From Octopus vulgaris (Eukaryota), in the NCBI GenBank assembly GCA_951406725.2, contig OX597814.1:2790001-2854000 (forward strand): a stretch of 64,000 nt of DNA. Direction: 5' to 3'. The notes beneath the pieces were generated by a model. It worked only from the letters and a program-made list of their open reading frames with translations, made no database searches and was not told the origin of the DNA. The position numbers were made by a program, and so were the translations under genes. Below are positions 12,198-25,152 of this stretch, one piece after another (position 1 is the first letter of the stretch; the number at the start of each line of letters is the position of its first letter).

Positions 12198-13493
12198 TTA
12201 GGTTGGCAACTAAGTTCTCACCGTTTTTTTAAATTTTAATTTTTTAAAAACGTTTAATAGAAAATAACAACTAATTAATTAATGATGTATTCAACCTTGT
12301 TGATTACAACTTCTTCCCAACGTTCAACAAGATTTTTAATACCTCGTTGGTAGAAATCACCCGATTTCGACTCGAAAAATTGATCCAACCAAACTCTCAA
12401 TTCTGCATCAGTATTGAACGAAACTCCGCACATAGCATTTGAAAAAGATCAAAAGAGGTGGAAATCCGTTGGTACCAAATCAGGAGATTACGGTGGGTGT
12501 GACAGCACTTCCCTGCCATGCGTTTGAATGGCTACCTTCGTCCTATTGGCGATATGAGTGCGGGCGTTGTCGTGCAGCAGAAGAACTCCATGCTGCCGAT
12601 TAGGTCTTTTCCCTTGAATAGCCATGTTGAGTCGTTCCATCTGTTGAACATAGATTTCCGCGTTGACCGTTTGGTTCCGTTCAAGCAATTCGTGATGGAT
12701 AATCCCTTCCCAGTCCCACCATACGCACAACATCGTTTTACGTGGATGAAGATCTTGTTTCACGCGCGGTGTCGCTTGTTTACCGGGGGTTAGCTATTCC
12801 TTATGCTCCTTCATATTGATGTACAGGTACCATTTTCCGTCGCCAGTAACGATTTGGTAAAGAAATCGTTGCTTGTGTCCATGAGTTGGGCGGTGACGAG
12901 CAAGAAAAACAGCTGAGATTGAGGCTCGTTGATTTTTGTTGTAGTCACTTAAAGCATTCAGAACCCATGCTCCATACTTCTGAGCCTTTCCCATCGAGTG
13001 AAAATGCTTCTCTATAGCAGTGTGGGAGCATTCTATTTTCTCTGCCAGTTCCCTTGTCGCTTGACGAGAATTTTCGTGCAAAATTTGGTTTAATCGCTCT
13101 TCATCGAACTCAAATGGACGTCTCGAACGAGGTGCGTCTTTGAGGCCAAAATTTCCACTTTTGAACTTGGCATACCAACCACAAACTGTTCTTTCAGCTA
13201 TGGTACCCTCTCCATACACAGAATAAATGTCGTGAGCAGCTTTTGCGGTCTTAGAACCTTGATTGAAAGTAAAATGAAGGTGGTGTCGAAACTGCTCGTT
13301 TTTCTTAACTTGACATTCCATTTTAATGATCAGAAATTAAACAAAACTTAGCTAAAATTAACTAGAAAAAAAAAAAAGATTCCAAAATGATTCAAAAATA
13401 GATTTCTCGAAAAAAATAGATTCCAAAATTTAAAAACGCAATAAATTCCAAAATTAAAAAAAAAAAACCGCGGGAACTTAATTGCCAACCCAA
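12198..13493 (-). mobile_element. Full-length mariner (DD34D) DNA transposon, about 1.3 kb
   Basis: TIRs TTAGGTTGGCAACTAAGTTC / GAACTTAATTGCCAACCCAA, TA on both sides. Confidence 0.95.
12275..13321 (-). pseudogene. Mariner transposase pseudogene (in-frame stops, no net frameshift)
   Basis: WVLNAL (WVPHEL), IVTGDGKW, HDNART, PP*SPDLVPTDFHLF; the two ORF-track pieces are in the same frame. Confidence 0.93.
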
Positions 13494-14076
13494 TATATTT
13501 ACAAGTAATTATGAGGGCCCTGTGCCTAGAGTAGAAAAGAATTTGAACTTTGGTCCCGAGCTTTCAATGCTCTTGAATGAGGTTAGTTATCTTTGCCCTC
13601 TTTCGGACAGAGTTCTTAATTAGAGTTAATTACTCCTGTTCCATTTTGGGCAGGTTTTTTTTAAACAGAAATTCATTATCCTTACTCTAAAGTCTATGTT
13701 CTCATCTTGTTTGGATTAATGCTTTTGTTAATATCTCGAATATCAAAGAAACAAACACCTGAAATATCTTGTAGTTGATAGAACTAATTGTGTTTCCTTT
13801 GTCAGTGTTTATAGAATATTACATTTGCAGTCGAAACATTATTAGTCAATGTTCCATAAGCAATGCTATAAACGGCCGAACATCTAACATGGCGCTGCTG
13901 TGATTGTATGGAGGTAGAGAAGCGATGGATGAAGTGCAGTAAAACTAGAAAAATGGTTTAACATCTGATGTTAAGGTTTTACTTGATTTACAAATAAGTA
14001 TTTATGTATTATATAAGGGGTTCCCAACCCTTTTATTTAAATGAGTTTTCCCACCTATCCATTTTAATATGCTTAT

Positions 14077-14140
<64 letters not shown>

Positions 14141-14142
<2 letters not shown>

Positions 14143-14244
14143 CGGGAAGCTTTATGAAAATAACCAAAAGACGAAGGCAGGTGGAATACAAACAAACAAT
14201 TGTATTAGTATGGCGCTCAGGAATATAAATAAAACAAGTCTTTA
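14141..14244 (-). mobile_element. Family H2 tail fragment between (TA)n tracts
   Basis: Homologous to 57131-57228; stops just before the hammerhead position. Confidence 0.65.
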
Positions 14245-14297
14245 TATATATATATAAATTTAATAAATAAAATATATACATACATACATACATATAT

Positions 14298-14666
14298 GTA
14301 CAGGCTTAAAAAAAGCCCTCAATGTTGGTTTCATTGTCCTGTTTTTATTCTCTATGTGTACTGTATTTTTATTTGTATTGCTTTTACGTCCTGTTCTTGT
14401 CACATTTTTTCTTTCCTTGTTTTACCCCTCTGCAAAAGAATTTTATTTAATTCTTTTGCAGGAAGGATTGTTTGGACCAGATCGTGTTCTGCCCTTACCT
14501 TCGAAACACGCATTGAGTCGAACCAGGGACAGCTGATGAAGGGGAATATTCCTTGTATTGTTTGTCCAGTACTCTGTTTTTTCTTTGTTAAAATAAGTCC
14601 GTTTCCATGCTTGTTTTCACGTTTTCGTTTCTCGTTGTGTTCTACGTTTATTTGTGGTGTCCTGTA

Positions 14667-14670
<4 letters not shown>
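14298..14670 (+). mobile_element. Interspersed repeat family H5 (candidate permuted hammerhead)
   Basis: Homologous to 41535-41925, 40929-41213, 52390-52565 and 57907-58040; resumes at 15241-15340 after nested insertions. Confidence 0.75.
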
Positions 14671-14715
<45 letters not shown>

Positions 14716-14859
14716 AAATGGATAAATGAATTATCTTGTTAAGGATTATTCAAAATTTAACCGATACCTGGGTAGCAAAAATCACAACAGAAAAAACACG
14801 GTTGAAGTTACGACCTTGGGGTGTCGCAACCGTGCCTTAGCGCGGATAATTGAAGTTTG

Positions 14860-15182
14860 ATATATTTAGTGAAGGGAAGAAATGGAGCTGAACGAAGATT
14901 CTACAGAATTCCTTTTATTATTTTCTACACATGTTTCAAAGGCCGCAAATTTCCAAATTCGGAAATTGTGCTATTTCATGGGCTCATAAGGAGCGTTTTG
15001 TTCGAATACCTTGCTGCGCATTTGTTTTGGAGTTTTAAATTCCTGGATTTTCCTGAAGAGAAAGCTGCAAAATGGGCTCCTTATTCAGTCCGAATTTGGA
15101 AATTTGCGGCCTTTGAAACATGTGTAGAAAATAATAAAAGGAATTCTGTAGAATCTTCGTTCAGCTCCATTTCTTCCTTCAC

Positions 15183-15191
<9 letters not shown>
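14860..15191. repeat. Fold-back element: about 104-bp near-perfect inverted arms, about 125-bp spacer
   Basis: 14860-14963 is the reverse complement of 15089-15191 apart from one indel. Confidence 0.92.
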
Positions 15192-15246
<55 letters not shown>

Positions 15247-15440
15247 TGTATATATACATATAGATGTAGGTACGTACATATATGTATGTATGCATATATT
15301 TTATTTATTAAATTATTATATGACTGAGCGCCCTCGCGTCGTGTCTGTGGAGTGCTCAGCCACTTGCACGTTCATTTCACGAGCAGGCTGTTCCGTTGAT
15401 TGGATCAACTGGAACCCTCGTCGTCTTACTCGAGAGAGTG

Positions 15441-15484
<44 letters not shown>

Positions 15485-15903
15485 AAAAAAGAACGCAAAA
15501 CATTTAGAAGACGATACAAAAAACACGGACGGGACATTCGAAGCCTTCAATCTTCAGTCAAGAACCGGATCATCCTCGCAATTTCGGCTGATTAATCTTG
15601 AGATTGCTCCAATCTGGCCAGCCCCATGGAAAATGTAAGCTAAGCGCATTAGATTCCTTGGAAGAATCTATATATATGAAATTTTGAATTTAGATTACTC
15701 CCCCACCCCAGGTTGAGAACCACTGGTTTATGTGGTGCTCTACAGCGTATGGAAATGGAGCACGGTAAACATAACTACTATGTATGAGTTACATAATGTG
15801 TACGTGTCTGAGAAAGTTGGCAAATGTTGCCTTCGTAAATCCACGAGCCCTGTTACGCAATGCAATGCTGCAGGGTCACTTCATCAGCGTTAATGATTGT
15901 ATG

Positions 15904-15949
<46 letters not shown>

Positions 15950-15965
15950 CATATATATATATATA

Positions 15966-16008
<43 letters not shown>

Positions 16009-16082
16009 CCCTTAACAGGTGTGCACTCACTTGTTGAATAGATTTCATTTTCAATATATACTGCTGAAAAGGGGGCCAGTCG

Positions 16083-16640
16083 CACGCCGGACGAAATACG
16101 TCTGCCGCTACGTTCTGAGTTCAAATTCCGCCGAGGTCGACTTTGCCTTTCATCCTTTCGGGCTCGATTAAATAAGTACTGGTTATGCACTGGGGTCGAT
16201 ATAATCGACTTACTCCATCTGTCTGTCCTTGTTTATCCTCTCTGTGTTTAGCCTTTTGTGGGTAGTAAAGAAATAGGTATTTCGGCTCCCGCTACGTTCT
16301 GAGTTCAAATTCCGACGAGGTCGACTTTGCCTTTCATCCTTTAAATTAAGTACCAATTGCATACTGGTGTCGATCGAATCGACTGGCCACCTCCCCCAAA
16401 ATTTCGGGCCTTGTGCCTATAGTAGAATAGAATGTATACCACTGGCATTCATAAGACGGTGTTTTGGCAGAGTCGTTAGCACGGTGGGCAACATCTTTAG
16501 CGGCATTTTGTCCGTCTGTAGGTTCTAAGTTCAAATGCTGCCGAAATCAACTTTGCTTTTCATCGATTTCGCGATGAAAGTACCAGTTGATGGAATAAGT
16601 ATCAGTCGATCGGTGGGATCGATGTAATCGGCTTACTCCG
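16083..16640 (+). mobile_element. Tandem/partial SINE family A copies
   Basis: gttctgagttcaaattccgccgaggtcgactttgcctttcatcctttcggg repeated at about 16112, 16296 and 16522. Confidence 0.85.
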
Positions 16641-16855
16641 ATAAAATTTGTCACTCATAACAATTTTATAAGTTTTCGAGAAATCGTGAAATACTTATCT
16701 TTTGAATGAATGATCTCGAAACACATATTAAGCCATTATAATATTAAACATTGGAAAGACAAAGTCCCGGGTTCACTTTCTACAAGGGTTTTTATACTCG
16801 CTATTTACATGCAGTTATTTATAGATTTGTGTATGCTTCGAGAACATTTATTCTG

Positions 16856-16927
<72 letters not shown>

Positions 16928-17447
16928 GTCTATCCGTCTGTCTATCTATCTATCTATCTAATCTAATATATCAATTTATCTCTCCCTCTCTAAAAGGGTG
17001 GTCATTCTCCTAAAATTCTGTATAAATACTTAAATATGATTTCTGATGAAGTTTTGACTAAGCAATACACTCTTTCTCCTATCAAATACTGTCCACAAAT
17101 TCTTTCTATATACATAAATATATACAATCATAATTTTTGATGCACTTATAGATATTTATGGATTTATTTTATTACCTATTTTGAACACTTTTATGTAAAC
17201 TATTTAAACACAAAGCCACACTTAACATTTTCTTATCATTGCAAAAGATTCTATTTCTTAACATTTTCTCATCATAATCAAAGACTGTATGACTGTATTT
17301 TAATATGATTATGATAACCATTTTTTGACACAACAAAGCTTATACAAAGCTTTACATTCTACTTTTGATAATCTTTTGTTAAAAAAGTGAAACCGGTCAA
17401 GTCAATAAACATCTTTAAAAGACCTCTGCATTTTCAAATCCTTTTTC

Positions 17448-17525
<78 letters not shown>

Positions 17526-17526
<1 letters not shown>

Positions 17527-18286
17527 CGCACTCGTTCAGTGTCCAACAATTTCCGACCTGTGGGCTTATGTCGAACAACTGCTGTCACGTGTGGGACGAG
17601 TCGGTTTATCAGCTGAGTCTATCGTCAATATTGTCACGCCTCCTTCCTTCAAACGGGAAGGAAGAGCTATTTTCATCATCCTTGTGGCTATGGCGAAGGA
17701 ATGTATCTGGTGGACGCGTCTGAAAGGATTGGAGACAAACACTTTCCTCTCTGGTCAATCTCTCATCAACTTCTTCAAGTACCACTTGAAAAGGAAAGTG
17801 AGAGTAGAGAGGCAAGTTTTGTCTAGCGAATGTTTTAAAAAAAGATGGGTGAATGTAGCAAGAATGGCACGTATGAATGACGAAGCCACCTTGAGCATAG
17901 TCCTATGAACCCAGAAATCGAAAAGAGAGAGTTGCTTATTTGCAAAAAAAAAAAAAAAAAAAAAGAAATATAAAATGTGACTTCATTGACCGAGGTTACC
18001 GTGGTCTTTTCCGTAGGCTTTTCTTTCCACGGGTAAACCTCACCTGTCCTCCCCTTTACACTTCATATTGACATTTCTGTGATAACGATCCCTATTGATC
18101 AATTTTTTTTCTCTCCCCCTTTTTTTTAACCCCCCTTTTTTGTCCTCTTTCTCTCCATTTACGATCCCTTTTGATCGAAACTCCCCCTTCCTTTTTTTTT
18201 TTTTTTTTTTTAAACCTTCAAAAGAAAAGCTCTACCTTGTAATTTGTTCTATCTGTGTGCAGCCCTGTGTGGCTAATAAAGAAACA
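17526..18286 (+). mobile_element. 5'-truncated Tx1-like LINE copy in (TATC)n
   Basis: Near-identical to the reverse complement of 1231-2001; (TATC)n at 17449-17525 and 18287-18304; ORF tail ALVQCP...LSIVL ends at 17908. Confidence 0.95.
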
Positions 18287-18547
18287 TATCTTTCTATCTA
18301 TCTATAACAAATAGTGAGGGATTATCAATCTGAGCAAAATACTTCATAAGCTCTCTGTTGGCACACCAGTCTAGCAATTTACCCGTTCAGTTTACCACAG
18401 CTGATCAATAGACCAATTGAATAAAGCTATCAGTAATGTACCTACGACGACTACTGGAATCAGCTGTAGGCCAAATATGCTCTAATAAATTAATTATATG
18501 TAATGACTATTATTTTCAACATGTTCCCTATATATACATACATAAAT

Positions 18548-18606
<59 letters not shown>

Positions 18607-18610
18607 CATA

Positions 18611-18644
<34 letters not shown>

Positions 18645-18652
18645 CTATTATA

Positions 18653-18882
18653 GGCGGCGAGCTGGCAGAAACGTTAGCACGCCGGGCGACCTGCGTAGCC
18701 GTATTTCGTCTGCCGTTACGTTCCGAGTTCAAATTCCGCCGAGGTCGACTTTGCCTTTCATCCTTTCGGGGTCGATAAATTAAGTACCAGCTACGCACTG
18801 GGGTCGATATAATCGACTTAATCCCTTTGTCTGTCCTTGTTTGTCCCCTCTGTGTTTAGCCCCTTCTGGGCAGTAAAGAAAT
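18653..18882 (+). mobile_element. Full-length SINE family A (tRNA-derived)
   Basis: ggcggcgagctggcagaa head, box B gagttcaaattcc, central gcctttcatcctttcggggtcgataaattaagtaccag, tail ...gtaaagaaata then (TA)n. Confidence 0.9.
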
Positions 18883-19099
18883 ATATATATATTATTACCT
18901 ATGCACAGCTTCTAACGCTGGTGATGTTCTACGGTGTCAGCTGTTCCCTACCAGTGAACTGAGGTAACACTTCTTATTTTTCGAGCACCTTCCGGTAAAT
19001 GATATTTCAAACTGAGATGGTGACCCGTGAAAGAAAGTATAACTATTATCAGTATTGTTATTTCTGTTGCTATTAGAGATGACAGCGAGTATAGTGTTG

Positions 19100-19102
19100 G
19101 AA

Positions 19103-19136
<34 letters not shown>

Positions 19137-20399
19137 CGACGACGACGATGGTGATGCTAATTGTGGTGGTTGGTGGTAACTACGATTTTGTTCATAATAA
19201 TACTGATGAGAATATTAGTAATAGTGATGGTGATGATGACGACAACGACGACGATGATGATGATGGTAGTGGGAATATTAGTGATGATGCTAATGATGAT
19301 GATGGCGACGATGATGACGACAACGACGACTATGATGATGATGATGATGATGGTGGTGGTAGTGGGAATGTTAGTGATTATGATAATGATGGTGATGATG
19401 GTGATGATAATGATGATGATGACGACGATGATGATGTCGACGACGACGGCGACATCATTGGTGATGATGATGAGGAGGAGGAGTTGGATGTTGTTGCTGT
19501 TGTTGTTGGTGGTGGTGGTGAAAATGGTCATGGTGATGATAACGGTGGCATCGATGATGGTGAAGATTGTGAAGTCTATGATAATCTAGAGGAGAGAGAG
19601 AGAGAGAGACAGCGGGCGGGGAAGAGAGAGAGAGTATAGATAGAAAGGAGGGTCAGAAAAAGAGGGTCAGAGAAAGAAGGAGAGAGGGAGGAGGTGGAGG
19701 AGGAGGAAGGGGTTATGCTGAGTTATCAGACATTAATTGCGCCAATAATTTTGCAATATTTATTTCATGAAATCGAAATATTTTATCTCAGCCTCCAATC
19801 TTTTCATTATAGTTCTTTTTTTTTGCTAGGTTTTGTTATAACTGTTTTGTTGTTGTTGTTGTTGTCGTGGCTGTTGTCGCCGTCCTCGTTGTTGTTGTTG
19901 TTGTTGTTGCTGCTGCTGTTGTTGATGATGATGATGATGATGTGGTGGTGGTGGTGGTGGTGGTGGTGGTGGTGGTGGTGGTGGTGGTGGTGGTGGTGGT
20001 GGTGTCGTCGATGATACTGTTGTTGTTAATATGGACAATCATTATAAAGATATTGCTGCTGCTGCTGCTGCTGCTGCTACTGCTACTGACGACAACGACG
20101 ACGACGACGACGATGATGATGATGATGAGGATAATGGTCGTGATATGATGGATGCTTGGGTGAGAGTAATGGTGACTATTGTGATAACTATGATGATGGT
20201 GATGATGATGACGTTTATGACAATGATGACGATGATGATGATGATGATGATGAACGCAGCGATGATGCAGGTGACAGTTTGTAATAATATAATTATGATG
20301 ATGATGATGACGACGACGAAGACGACGACGACAATGATGGTTGGTGGCGATGAAGAATGTGATGACGATGGTGGGAACTGATACGATGTCGCCATCGTC

Positions 20400-20470
<71 letters not shown>

Positions 20471-20490
20471 CGACGTCGACGATGACATTG
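19100..20490. repeat. Mosaic of trinucleotide microsatellites (GAT/GAC/GGT/GTT/GCT)
   Basis: Direct reading; similar mosaics at 37790-38800 and 53120-53330. Confidence 0.92.
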
Positions 20491-20679
20491 TCGGAGCAGA
20501 ATTTATTTGAGCTGTTAAGGGTTCTGTTACTTGAGCTGTTAAGGGTTCTGATGACGTTAAAGGCTCTAAAATTCTTTCTGAATCGAAAAGAAATTATTAA
20601 TGACACGGACCTTTTTTCAAGTTCTGGATGTGAAGATTGTTAAAAAGCAGAAAATAAATAAAATAATAATCGTTTCTGA

Positions 20680-20970
20680 TACAAGCATAAGGCCCAAATT
20701 TTGTGGAGAAGGGGACAGTCGATCGCATGGACCCGTGTAATCAACTGGTAGTAAATTTATCGATCTCGAAAAAGATGAAAGGCAAAGTCGACCTCGGCGG
20801 AATTTGAACTCAGAACATAGCAACAAGCGAAATACCTGTTTCTTTACTACCCACAAGGGGCTAAACACAGAGAGGACAAACAAGGATAGTCAAACAGATT
20901 AAGTCGATTATATCGACGCCAGTGCGTAACTGGTACTTATTTAATCGAGCCCGAAAGGATGAAAGGCTAA
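20680..20970 (-). mobile_element. Tandem SINE family A copies
   Basis: Reverse complement of the family A body twice. Confidence 0.85.
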
Positions 20971-21206
20971 GTCCGTAAGGTCCGTAACGAGAGAAGATGA
21001 GGAAAAAGATTCTTCGCTTGATATTGCTTTTGTGACGTTGAGAGGGATTGCCTTTATCTGTTCCCATAGGACAGGGATTCCCAACCATTTCACTACCAAA
21101 AACCCCTTTTAATTACAGGAGTTTTCCCACGGATGCCTTTTAATATGCTAATCCTTATGTGTGTGTGTGTGTGTTGTGTTTGTGTGTGTGTGTTTGTGTG
21201 TGTGTG

Positions 21207-22466
<1,260 letters not shown>

Positions 22467-22470
22467 TCAT

Positions 22471-23437
22471 TACAGATATAGAATAAAAAATTATTAATTT
22501 AATAAATTAACAAATTTTACCAAGTAGTTTTCGGTATGGAAAAGAACCATATTCGGTAAAAACTTATACAAAAAGTTTTTTTATATATAATTATAGCAAT
22601 AATTAAGGGTTTAGCAACAAGTTGCTTCACAACATACTGAAAATATTAGAAAGAGCAGCCAAAAGGCCGCTATTTCTTTTTCCTACAAAATATGTCTCCA
22701 CAGATAACAATATTTGTAACTCACTTAGGCAAAAAAGAAGAAAAATAAAGAAATCAAACAGTCTTCGATTAATTATGGAGGCGTTTCTGGATCAGAATTA
22801 TAAAAATTCATTTCCGTTATCAACATAATATTTCGAAAATTATAAATCTGAAAATACTAGGTAAACTTACCTCTTGTATTTCTGACCAAGCACCATACAC
22901 AAGATAATCAGCATACCCAAACTTATATAGACGAGTGAATTCGTATTTCCCTCCAATTTTCTAGTACTGCAGAAAAAAAGATCTGCAGTTTTGTTATCAG
23001 GGAGTGAAATAATCATTCCAGATATAGGGTAAAAAATTATTAATTTAATAAATTAACAAAATTTACTAAGTAGTTTTAACAAAATTTACTAATTCACTCG
23101 TCTATATAAGTTTGGATATGCTGATTATCTTGTGTATGGTGCTTGGTCAGAAATACAAGAGGTAAGTTTACCTAGCATTTTCAGATTTATAATTCTCGAA
23201 ATATCATGTTGATAACGGAAATGAATTTTTATAATTCTGATCCAGAAACGCCTCCATAATTAATCGAAGACTGTTTGATTTCTTTATTTTTCTTCTTTTT
23301 TGCCTAAGTGAGTTACAAATATTGTTATCTGTGGAGACATATTTTGTAGAAAAAGAAATAGCGGTCTTTTGGTTGTTATTTCTAATATTTTCAATATATG
23401 GTGAAGCAACTTGTTGCTAAACCCTTAATTATTGCTA

Positions 23438-23442
<5 letters not shown>
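22471..23442. mobile_element. Family H3 divergent member: about 549-bp unit + partial tandem + about 350-bp inverted arm
   Basis: cagatatag..taaaaaattattaatttaataaattaac at about 22473 and 23019; 23091-23442 inverts about 22585-22941. Confidence 0.9.
22772..22829 (-). ncRNA. Hammerhead-like fold with U3-A8 core variant (second copy on + at 23203-23260)
   Basis: ATTATG-TTGATAA-cGGA...TCCa-GAAACGCCTC^CATAAT, at the position homologous to the canonical hammerhead of sibling units. Confidence 0.65.
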
Positions 23443-23483
<41 letters not shown>

Positions 23484-23490
<7 letters not shown>

Positions 23491-23598
23491 ATCACGTGAC
23501 CGACCAGACCATCAGATGTTGTTACACATCGCTGGTCACAATGCGTTCGCATTGTTTTAGCCTTCGAATGACGCCACCCCGCTGGCTAAGCGAGCAGG

Positions 23599-23602
<4 letters not shown>
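23484..23602 (-). mobile_element. 3' tail of SINE family D
   Basis: catcgctggtcacaatgcg...ggccaa shared with 58720-58835. Confidence 0.65.
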
Positions 23603-23664
<62 letters not shown>

Positions 23665-23666
<2 letters not shown>

Positions 23667-23885
23667 GTAAATTCCCAAAAAGCAAAGAAAAAACACACAA
23701 AAATAACAACACGAGGAACGTGGTACATGTAAAGTATTAGCAGACGCTCGGGGAAGAAAAGAAAGGTGGTTTTACGTTTCGAGCAAAGCTCTTCTTCAGA
23801 AACAGGAGACGGAGGAAAGTCCAAGAGAGAAGGAAGACGGAAGGAAAAAATTGGTCAACGATTCATATGTGGTTACATTTTGAAT
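23665..23885 (-). mobile_element. Family H2 repeat with 35-nt hammerhead at 23769-23803
   Basis: GTTT-CTGAAGA-A-GAGC-ttt-GCTC-GAAAC-GTA^AAAC. Confidence 0.8.
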
Positions 23886-23892
23886 ATTTATA

Positions 23893-23950
<58 letters not shown>

Positions 23951-23975
23951 GTGTGTGTGTGTGTGTGTGTGTGTG

Positions 23976-24169
23976 AACATTATGTACAATATTTACATTT
24001 GACAGATATTTGTCCTCATCTTGTTTGTTGTTAACACAACGTTTCAGCTGATATACCCTCCAGCCTTCTTCAGGTGTCTTGGGGAAATTCCGAACCTGGG
24101 TTCTCATTCCTGAAGTATTTTTCGATGTTGTTGTATTTGTTATTGTTGTTATTGTTATTATTATTATTA

Positions 24170-24230
<61 letters not shown>
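23976..24230 (-). mobile_element. Family H1 tail with hammerhead (24033-24078) and (TAA)n linker
   Basis: GACAC-CTGAAGA-A-GGCTG...CAGCT-GAAAC-GTT^GTGTT; an H1-type tRNA head occurs at about 24908-24980 on +. Confidence 0.8.
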
Positions 24231-24737
24231 GAGTGAGAGAGCAATGCATGCCATCAAAGTGACACTGGGGTAAAATATACGAAGCCCAGTATACCCATCA
24301 TGACTACCCGTCTGATTAGGGTACACCAGGCACATGCATCACTCCCATATGTGCGTGACATGGTGATCTCATATCAAGATAAACAGCACATGACCTTGCA
24401 GGTGAGGCCTAGTTAGAATAGAGTAGACCATCTTGCTCAAAAGGTCCCTGAATAAGGGTTATTTAAGGATGTTGAGCGAAATACCCATGTTTCCAAAGGT
24501 GAATTATCCAAACCTCTAAGAATTCCTTTCAACATACAGCTATGATGATCCCCCACTACTTCTGCTTGTGATCAGAGATGCACATATCGTCAGCCACTAA
24601 GGGACATGCTCAACTGGTTAAGGTCAAACAACTGACAAGCAAATCTGTGGTATTGAGCAGAATATTTGCTGTAGCCCATCTTTTATACCAAGACAAAACT
24701 ATGTATATGATAACACTTCCAATCAGTTAAGATCAGT
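24231..24737 (-). mobile_element. Non-coding about 500-bp insert inside an (AAT)n tract; probable retroelement fragment
   Basis: Complex sequence sharply bounded by (ATT)n and (AAT)n; no recognisable ORF; orientation inferred. Confidence 0.5.
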
Positions 24738-24898
<161 letters not shown>

Positions 24899-25152
24899 AT
24901 ATCCAGGTGGGCATATGGCGTTGTGGTTAAGAGCGCGGGCTACTAACCCCACGATTCCGAGTTCGATTTCAAGTAGTGAAAGCTTTGGTCGGCCCGAGGC
25001 TATAGTAGAAGTCACTTGCCCTAATTGCTACGCAGTGGGACTGAACCCGGAACCATGTGGTTGGGAAGCAAGCTTCTTACAACACACCCTGTACTTATTG
25101 CTTATACAAAGCACAAAATATTTGAACAACCTTTTAATACAATTCTTAATAT

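Larger units (their letters stand above)
14015..15725. mobile_element. Small hAT-like MITE inflated by nested insertions
   Basis: Ends AAGGGGTTCCCAACC / GGTTGAGAACCACTG form an imperfect TIR pair; TSD only partly conserved. Confidence 0.6.

Noticed and set aside
15520-15565. CTGAAGA..GAAG/CTTC-GAATGTC on the minus strand as a hammerhead
   Set aside because: GAAA is broken and no stem I pairing is present; at best a decayed copy.
19055-19639. Asp-rich 194-aa ORF resembling an acidic biomineral protein
   Set aside because: It is a GAT/GAC repeat mosaic open in several frames, continuous with other microsatellites.
20504-20550. Short direct repeat ttgagctgttaagggttctg x2 as a CRISPR-like array
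   Set aside because: Two units with only a 4-nt gap, eukaryotic context; simple tandem duplication.
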